DNA from: an uncultured delta proteobacterium
GTDB lineage: Bacteria; Myxococcota; Myxococcia; Myxococcales; Anaeromyxobacteraceae
Assembly: GCA_963766715.1 (NCBI GenBank)
Contig: CAVYBH010000015.1
Span: 160,001 to 224,000, forward strand
Direction: 5' to 3'
Length of the DNA stretch: 64,000 nucleotides
Shown: positions 56,100 to 64,000 of the stretch, one piece after another
Layout of the letters: every line of letters starts with the position of its first letter
Position numbering within the stretch: the first letter of the stretch is position 1
The notes under the pieces: model-generated
What the model was told of the DNA's origin: nothing
Database searches by the model: none
The model's input: only the letters and a program-made list of their open reading frames with translations
Translations under genes and position numbers: made by a program

Positions 56100-57622
56100 G
56101 CCGCGCCCTCCGCCGCGCCCTCGTTGCCGGGCCAGAGCCCGCTCATCCACTCGCCGATCTGCTCGACGGTGGCCTTGGGGGTGTCGATGGAGGGCGAGAG
56201 CCGGCCGCGGGCGATGACGTGGAGCCGGTCGGAGATCTCGAAGAGCTCCTCGAGCTCCTCGGAGACCACCAGGACGGCGCACCCCGCGTCGCGCAGCGCG
56301 ATGAGCTCGGCCCGGATCTGGGCGGAGGCCCCCACGTCGACTCCCCAGGTGGGCTGGGCGACCACGAGCACCTTGGGGATCGCGTCGATCTCGCGCCCCA
56401 CGATGAACTTCTGGAGGTTCCCGCCGGACAGGCTCTTCGCGACCGCGCCCGGCCCGGGGGCCTTCACGCCGAAGCGCCCCAGGATGGCCTTGGTCTGGCG
56501 ACCCAGGAAGGCGCGGTCGATCCACCCCGCGGACTTGATGGCCTCGAGGCGGGTGAGCAGCATGTTGTTGGCGAGCGAGAAGGCCGGCACCGCGCCGCGG
56601 CCCAGCCGCTCCTCCGGGACGAAGTGGAGGCCCAGCTTGCGGCGCGCCACGGGGCCCTTGCGCCCGACGGGCGTCCCGAAGACCCGGACCATGCCGGCCT
56701 CCGCCCGCGGGTCCTCCCCGGAGAGCGTGGCGAGCAGCTCCTGCTGCCCGTTCCCGGAGATCCCGGCGATGCCGACGATCTCCCCCTCGCGCACCTCGAG
56801 CGAGACCTGGTCGAGCGGCACGCTGTAGCGATCCCAGCGCTCGAGCGACAGGTCATTCACCGTGAGCGCGACCTGGCCCGGGCGCGGCGGGCGGTGGACC
56901 AGCACCGGCGGCTCGGCCCCGATCATCATGCGCGACAGGCTGCCGGTGGTCTCGAGGGTGGGGTCGCAGGTGCCCACCACCTTGCCGCCGCGCAGCACCG
57001 TGCAGGTGTGGCAGAGCACCCGGATCTCGTCGAGCTTGTGGCTGATGTAGAGGATCGAGCAGCCGGTGGCGGCGAGCTTGCGCAGCGTGACGAAGAGCCT
57101 GTCCACCGCCTGCGGCGTCAGCACCGAGGTGGGCTCGTCGAGGATGAGGAGCTTCGGCTCGGAGAGCAGCGCCCGCACGATCTCCACCCGCTGCCGCTCC
57201 CCCACCGACAGCACGTGGACCGGCTTGCCGGGGTCGAGGTCGAGCCCGTACTCGGCGGCCTTCTTCTGGATGCCGCGGCTCACCTCGTCGAGGCTCACCT
57301 TGCCGTCCATGCCGAGCCAGACGTTCTCGGCCACGGTGAGGGAGTCGAAGAGGGAGAAGTGCTGGAACACCATGGCGATGCCCAGGGCCCGGGCCTCGTG
57401 GGGGTTGCGGACGACCACCGGGCGACCGTCCCAGCGGATCTCGCCGGCGTCGGGGCGGAGCGCCCCGTAGACGATCTTCATCAGGGTGGACTTCCCGGCG
57501 CCGTTCTCGCCGAGCACCGCGTGGATCTCTCCCGGCTGCACGGTGAGCGCCACGTCGTCGTTGGCGACCAGCGCGCCGAAGCGCTTCGTCACGTGCGCGA
57601 GTTCGAGCCGGGGCGCGGTCAC
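56096..57622 (-). CDS. ABC transporter ATP-binding protein (CUT2 type, two NBDs)
   Basis: GENGAGKST, LSVGERQRVEI, LDEPT, LSGGNLQK. Confidence 0.93.
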   Translation of the reverse strand: MTAPRLELAHVTKRFGALVANDDVALTVQPGEIHAVLGENGAGKSTLMKIVYGALRPDAGEIRWDGRPVVVRNPHEARALGIAMVFQHFSLFDSLTVAENVWLGMDGKVSLDEVSRGIQKKAAEYGLDLDPGKPVHVLSVGERQRVEIVRALLSEPKLLILDEPTSVLTPQAVDRLFVTLRKLAATGCSILYISHKLDEIRVLCHTCTVLRGGKVVGTCDPTLETTGSLSRMMIGAEPPVLVHRPPRPGQVALTVNDLSLERWDRYSVPLDQVSLEVREGEIVGIAGISGNGQQELLATLSGEDPRAEAGMVRVFGTPVGRKGPVARRKLGLHFVPEERLGRGAVPAFSLANNMLLTRLEAIKSAGWIDRAFLGRQTKAILGRFGVKAPGPGAVAKSLSGGNLQKFIVGREIDAIPKVLVVAQPTWGVDVGASAQIRAELIALRDAGCAVLVVSEELEELFEISDRLHVIARGRLSPSIDTPKATVEQIGEWMSGLWPGNEGAAEGAA

Positions 57623-57686
57623 GGGTGCTCCGTGGGAATCGGAGGCGGACCTCATACCACAGGGGCAGTCGCCGCCGGGGTCCCGG

Positions 57687-58196
57687 CTAGGGGGTGCGTC
57701 GCTGGGTCTTGATGGGGGAGACGAAGTGGTAGTCGATGTCCCAGGGGAAGTAGATCCACTTCTCCTGCTTGAATTCCTTCACGAACGTGTCGACCACCGG
57801 CCGCCCGAGCGGCTTGGCGTAGAGGGTGGCGAAGTGGGCCTTCGGCAGCTTCTCGCGCACCGCGCGAGCGGTCCCGCCGGTGTCGACGAGGTCGTCGATC
57901 AGGAGCCAGCCGTCGCCGTCGCCCTCGACGGTCTTCAGCCACTGCAGCTTGCCCTGGGACTTCGCCTCGGCGCTGGGATCGGTGGCCTCGTAGCTGACCA
58001 CGCAGACGGTGTCGATGAGCCGGATGTCGAGCTCGCGGGCGACCAGCGCCGCCGGGACGAGCCCGCCTCGCGTGATGGCGATGATGCCCTTCCATTCGCC
58101 CAGGTCGTGGAGCACGCCGGAGAGGTAGCGGGCGTCCCGGTGCAGCTCGACCCACGAGATGATGATCTCGTCCTTGTACGGATTCGGTTCGGCCAT
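57687..58196 (-). CDS. gpt: Xanthine(-guanine) phosphoribosyltransferase
   Basis: AITRGGLVPA, IDDLVDTGGT, YAKP, WIYFPWD. Confidence 0.92.
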   Translation of the reverse strand: MAEPNPYKDEIIISWVELHRDARYLSGVLHDLGEWKGIIAITRGGLVPAALVARELDIRLIDTVCVVSYEATDPSAEAKSQGKLQWLKTVEGDGDGWLLIDDLVDTGGTARAVREKLPKAHFATLYAKPLGRPVVDTFVKEFKQEKWIYFPWDIDYHFVSPIKTQRRTP

Positions 58197-58272
58197 TCCG
58201 TCTTGTAGATCGGGGGGCTGACGCTTTGCCCCCCCGAATGGCCCGTGCCCCGATCGGGCCTCGATCCAGGGG

Positions 58273-59212
58273 CTAGGCGGCGGCCCGGCGGGCGTCCCGG
58301 AAGTGGGCCACGGAGCGGGCGAGGCCGTCGGCCACCGCCACCCGCGGCTCCCAGCCCAGGACCTCCCGGGCCCGGGCCGGGTCGATGCACGAGCGCTTCT
58401 GCTCGCCCGCCCGTCCGGGCGCGTAGCGGGGCCTCGCGCCGACCCCGGCGGCCGACGCCATGTGGGCGAAGACCTGGTTCACGTCGGTCTCCACGGCCGT
58501 GCCCACGTTCACGGCGCCCGCGAGCTCCCGCTTCGCCGCGAGCAGGTTGGCCCGCGCCACATCCTCCACGAAGACGTAGTCGCGGGTCTGGGTCCCGTCG
58601 CCGTAGATGGTGCAGGGCTCCCCTTCGAGCATGCGCGAGGCGAAGATGGCCACCACGCCGGCCTCGCCGTGCGGGTTCTGCCGCGGGCCGTAGACGTTGG
58701 CGTACCGGAGCACCGCCGGCCGGATGCCGTAGAGGGATGCGTACACCCCCAGGTACAGCTCGGACGAGCACTTGGCCGCGCCGTAATGGGAGATCGGGTG
58801 GGCCGGATGGGTCTCCGGCGTGGGAATGACCTCGGTGTCGCCGTACATGGCGCCGCCCGAGGAGGCGAAGAGCACCTGGCGCACCGAGCCGGCCTTCCGG
58901 GCGGCCTCCATGACGTTGATCAGCCCCCGACGTTCACGTCGCAGTCGAAGAGCGGGTCGGCCACCGACCGGCGCACGTCGATCTGCGCCGCCTGGTGGCA
59001 GATCACGTCGGGCCTCTCGGCCAGGATGGCCGCCGCGGCGGCCGGTCCCGCACGTCGCACTCGTGGAGGCGCACGCGCGGGTCCAGGTTCACGCGACGTC
59101 CGGACGAGAGGTCGTCGACGACCGCCACGTTCCAGCCGTCGGCCAGGAAGGCGTCCGCGACGTGGGAGCCGATGAAGCCCGCACCGCCGGTGATGAGGAT
59201 CTTCGGGGTCAT
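58273..59212 (-). CDS. NAD-dependent epimerase/dehydratase (UDP-glucose 4-epimerase-like); frameshifted
   Basis: ITGGAGFIGSH, ASSGGAMYG, YGAAK, YANVYGPRQNPHGEAGV, TRDYV. Confidence 0.88.
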
Positions 59213-59214
59213 GG

Positions 59215-61052
<1,838 letters not shown>

Positions 61053-61326
61053 GGGCGTGATTCCTTTGCGGGTGCGATGCGGAGAGACGGGAGGGCGTAC
61101 TTCAAGGAACGCGCCAAGGCCTGGGCGCCGGGCGCGCCCGGATCTGTTCCGGTCCGGCGCGGATCCGCCGTCGCGGGAGGCCCGCGACTGTTCCGCCGCG
61201 GTGACGGCCGGCGGAAGCGACGACCCGGATCGATACGGCGGGCGAATCCCGGCTGGGTCCACGCCCCTGCGGGGCCCGGGGCGCGAACCGGACCTCCGCC
61301 GTGGACGTGCTATACACGAGGAGTCG

Positions 61327-61939
61327 ATGCCGCGCCGACGGCGCTCCCTCGTGGTTGCTGCTCGCAATCCTCTCGGTCGCCTTCGCCTCCTGCCGCTCGA
61401 CCGGCGAGTACGTCCTGGTGGACGACTACCGGCTGCCGCCCGAGGTGTCCGACCAGGACTACCTGATCCGGCCCGGCGACATCCTCCAGGTCCGGGTCAT
61501 GGGCCAGGACGCGGTCTCGGCCCGCGCCAAGGTCCGGCCCGACGGGAAGATCTCGGTGCCGCTGCTCGCCGACGTCCCCGCGGCCGGCGACCACGCCCGC
61601 CGAGCTCGCCCGCCAGGTCCAGGAGCAAGCTCGCCAAGTTCATCGTCAACCCGCGGTGACCATCTCGCTGGAGGAGCCGCGCGCCCTGATGATCTCGGTG
61701 CTCGGCGAGGTGGCCAAGGTCGGCAGCTACCCGCTCGAGCAGGGCTCCGGGGTGCTGGAGGCGATGGCCGTGGCGGGCGGGCCGACCCGTACGCCGCGCT
61801 CGACCGGATCATGGTCATCCGGCGCGAGCCGTCCGGGAACCGGATCCGGATCCGGTTCGACTACGACGCCCTCACGCAGCTCCGGGGGGCGGCGGCCACG
61901 TTCCGGCTTCAGAACGGCGACGTGATCGTCGTGGAGTAG
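61327..61939 (+). CDS. Polysaccharide export (OPX/Wza-like, short form) lipoprotein; frameshifted
   Basis: Lipobox-like FASC; YLIRPGDILQV; VRPDGKISVPL; VLGEV; LQNGDVIVVE*. Confidence 0.85.
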
Positions 61940-61941
61940 CC

Positions 61942-63380
61942 GTGCTGCCGGCCCTCGCGGCAGCGCTGCTGGCGCTCGCCGCCGCCCAGACCTCGAGCGC
62001 CGCGACGGGACCGCCGGACGACGCCGTGTCCGTTCCCGTCGACGCGACGGAGCCCGCCGACGCCGAGGCCGTCCCCGCCCGGGAGGTCGAGGGGACCCTC
62101 GACGCGGCGCTTCCCTCCTCTCCCTGCCCCTCCCGATCCGATCGGCCTCTCCGACGTGCTGGGGCGCGACGCGGAGCAGCAGGACGAGGACCTGCGTCGG
62201 TCCCGGGTGCCCTTCCTCCCCTCCGCGGCCGCTCCACGCGCAGCCGGATCGGCACCCACGTCGCGGGCGGGGTCCTGGGGCAGCTCCGCACGCGAAACGT
62301 CTCGGCCGAGGGCGGGTTCTCGCAGTGGGACACCGACCTCGAGGTGGTGCCGGGACTCACCCTCTACTCGTTCGGCCACCGGGCGCAGTTCACCCTGAGC
62401 TACGTGCCGCGCCTCTACTTCCCGGCCGTCTACCACGGCGCCCCGATGTCGGTGCTGCAGCGCGCGCTCCTGCGGTTCGAGTGGACCCCGTCGCAGCGGT
62501 GGACGCTCCGGCTCTGGGCGAACGGAACCTACGGCGACTACTCGCAGCTCGTGCCCAGCTCGACGCCGGGCGGCCCGGGGCCCACGCCCCCGGTGATCGA
62601 GCCGGTCCGCACCTTCACGACCTTCCCGTACCTCGCGATCGGCGCGAATGCCCAGGCCTCGGTCACGCTGGGCCAGCGGCTCCGGCTGCGCGCGACGGTC
62701 GGCTGGTTCGACGTGGGCGGGATTGGGACGCTCGGTCAGGAGAGCCAGCCGCGCACCTGGGGGCCGCGGGCCGACGCCACGCTGGACGTCTTCGTCGGGG
62801 CGCGCGCCATCCTCTCCACGTCGATCGCGGCCACCGATTCGCAGCTGGTCGGCGGATCGGCCATCCGCATCGCGGCCGTCGCCGAGACCTGGAGCCACCG
62901 CTGGTCGGGCTCGCTCGAGACCTCGGCCACGCTGGGGGCGGCGATGGTCAACAACCCGCCCGCTCGCCAGCGTCACCGTCGGACAGGTGATCCCCGTGGC
63001 GGGGCTCAAGCTGACCTGGGTGCAGTCGTCGCGGGACATGTTCCGGCTCATCGCCGAGGCCGGCCTGGGGCCGTACGTGGACACCTATCTCCAGGCCGCC
63101 TACCAGCGCGTCACCGCCCGGCTCGGCGCCGAGTGGTTCTTCGGGAAGGACTGGAAGCTCGAGGCCTCGCTGGCCTCGGCGCTCGTCCCGTTCACCATCC
63201 GTGCGCCGGAGTCCTACGCCGTCGCCGGGACGTCGGCGGCCTGGAGCCCGTGGCGCTGGGCCACCCTGCTGGCCGGGGGCTTCGCCCAGACGCAGCTGGG
63301 CGGCGGCTCGACGAGCACCCGGTTCGTGCAGGTGACCGGTTACCTCTCGGTCGTCGCTGCAGACCCCCGACTTCCCCTAG
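61942..63380 (+). CDS. Probable outer-membrane beta-barrel linked to polysaccharide export; frameshifted
   Basis: Signal-like N-terminus; beta-strand-like segments (FTLSYVPRLYF, WTLRLWANGTYG, LGAEWFFGKDWKLEASL); starts 2 nt after the OPX stop. Confidence 0.55.
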
Positions 63381-63453
63381 GCGCCTCCCGCGACACCCTG
63401 CCGGCGGCGACCGCGCCGCAGGAGGAGGAGCGGCGCGCGGCTGCGCCGAGGGG

Positions 63454-63855
63454 TCATCCGGCGAGCTCCGGGAGGAGCGAGCGCTCCAGCGCCGTGGCGG
63501 CCCGGTCGAGCTCTCCGGAGTACCGTACGGCCAGCGCATCCAGCTCCCCGTCCCCCTGCCGGGCCGACCATTCCAGCGCCGCGGCGGCGGTGGTGGCCGC
63601 GACGGCCCCGACGGCCGCGAGCCCCGACTTCATCTTGTGCAGCGCGCGGCCCACGCCCGCGGTATCCCGCGCCTCGAGGGCTTGCTCCACCACGGTGCGG
63701 TGCTCGGGCAGCATCCGGAGCAGCTCCGCGGTCACTTCCCTCCGGAGCCATTCGTCGCCGCCGCAGTTCTCGAGGGCGACGGCCAGGTCGAGCGGGGGAT
63801 CGAGGACGGCGCGGACGGCGCTCGCCGAGCCAGCGTCCTCGATGGCCGGGGTCAC
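63454..63855 (-). CDS. Hpt (histidine phosphotransfer) domain protein
   Basis: ALENCGGD, RALHKMKSGLAAVGA, LEW. Confidence 0.8.
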   Translation of the reverse strand: MTPAIEDAGSASAVRAVLDPPLDLAVALENCGGDEWLRREVTAELLRMLPEHRTVVEQALEARDTAGVGRALHKMKSGLAAVGAVAATTAAAALEWSARQGDGELDALAVRYSGELDRAATALERSLLPELAG

Positions 63856-63867
63856 GGGGGCAGGACC

Positions 63868-64000
63868 TCAGGGCGCGGCAGGCTGGGCGGCCTGCTCGCC
63901 GAGCGAGGCCTCGAGGAGCGCCGCGAGCGAGCGGCTCGATCAGGCGTCGTCGAGCATGCGGGGCGGCCTGGCCACGACCGCCTCGCGAAGCTCCCGGGCC
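63868..64000 (-). CDS. 3' end of an unidentified gene entering from beyond the window
   Basis: Ends ..ALLEASLGEQAAQPAAP* at 63868, just upstream of the Hpt gene; frame disrupted. Confidence 0.3.

Noticed and set aside
61053..61326. glmS ribozyme upstream of glmS
   Set aside because: No recognisable conserved core; the region looks like an ordinary divergent promoter

Overview
A very GC-rich bacterial chromosomal segment, most consistent with an Anaeromyxobacter-like member of Myxococcota (inferred from a MYXO-CTERM-type sorting tail, an OPX/beta-barrel export pair and many hybrid kinases). It holds about 50 genes; I saw no rRNA, tRNA, CRISPR array or mobile element. Many genes, including conserved ones (glmS, pgi, zwf, pgm), are broken by 1-nt indels, most likely long-read consensus errors, so they are listed as single CDS with approximate limits. 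In order: (1) a PEP-utilizer (RPH/PigC-like) plus UbiA prenyltransferase pair, divergent from (2) a REC-kinase / PilZ-like SAM methyltransferase / multi-TM double-kinase cluster resembling the Ralstonia phcBSR methyl-ester quorum-sensing system; (3) a lipoprotein, SSADH, K+ channel, otsB, a membrane-domain-fused otsA and a GH15 hydrolase; (4) a surface protein with two CxxCH motifs on five Ig-like repeats with a MYXO-CTERM-type anchor; (5) homospermidine synthase, ornithine decarboxylase and a tautomerase; (6) a tal-pgi-gnd-zwf-phosphatase-pgl-rpiB-glgP-pgm operon and a ROK kinase; (7) SDR, YebC, a CHASE3/PAS kinase and two tandem beta-barrel paralogs with variable Cys/Tyr-rich loops; (8) an acyltransferase, OYE, malic enzyme, an OmpR-type two-component system, acyl-CoA dehydrogenase and a DUF6051-like hydrolase; (9) a nucleoside ABC transporter, gpt, an epimerase, glmS, a polysaccharide export pair and an Hpt protein. 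The best candidates for novelty are the Phc-like signalling locus, the diheme stalk protein, the PEP-utilizer/UbiA pair and the variable-loop barrel paralogs. All family calls come from motifs recognised by eye, not database searches.
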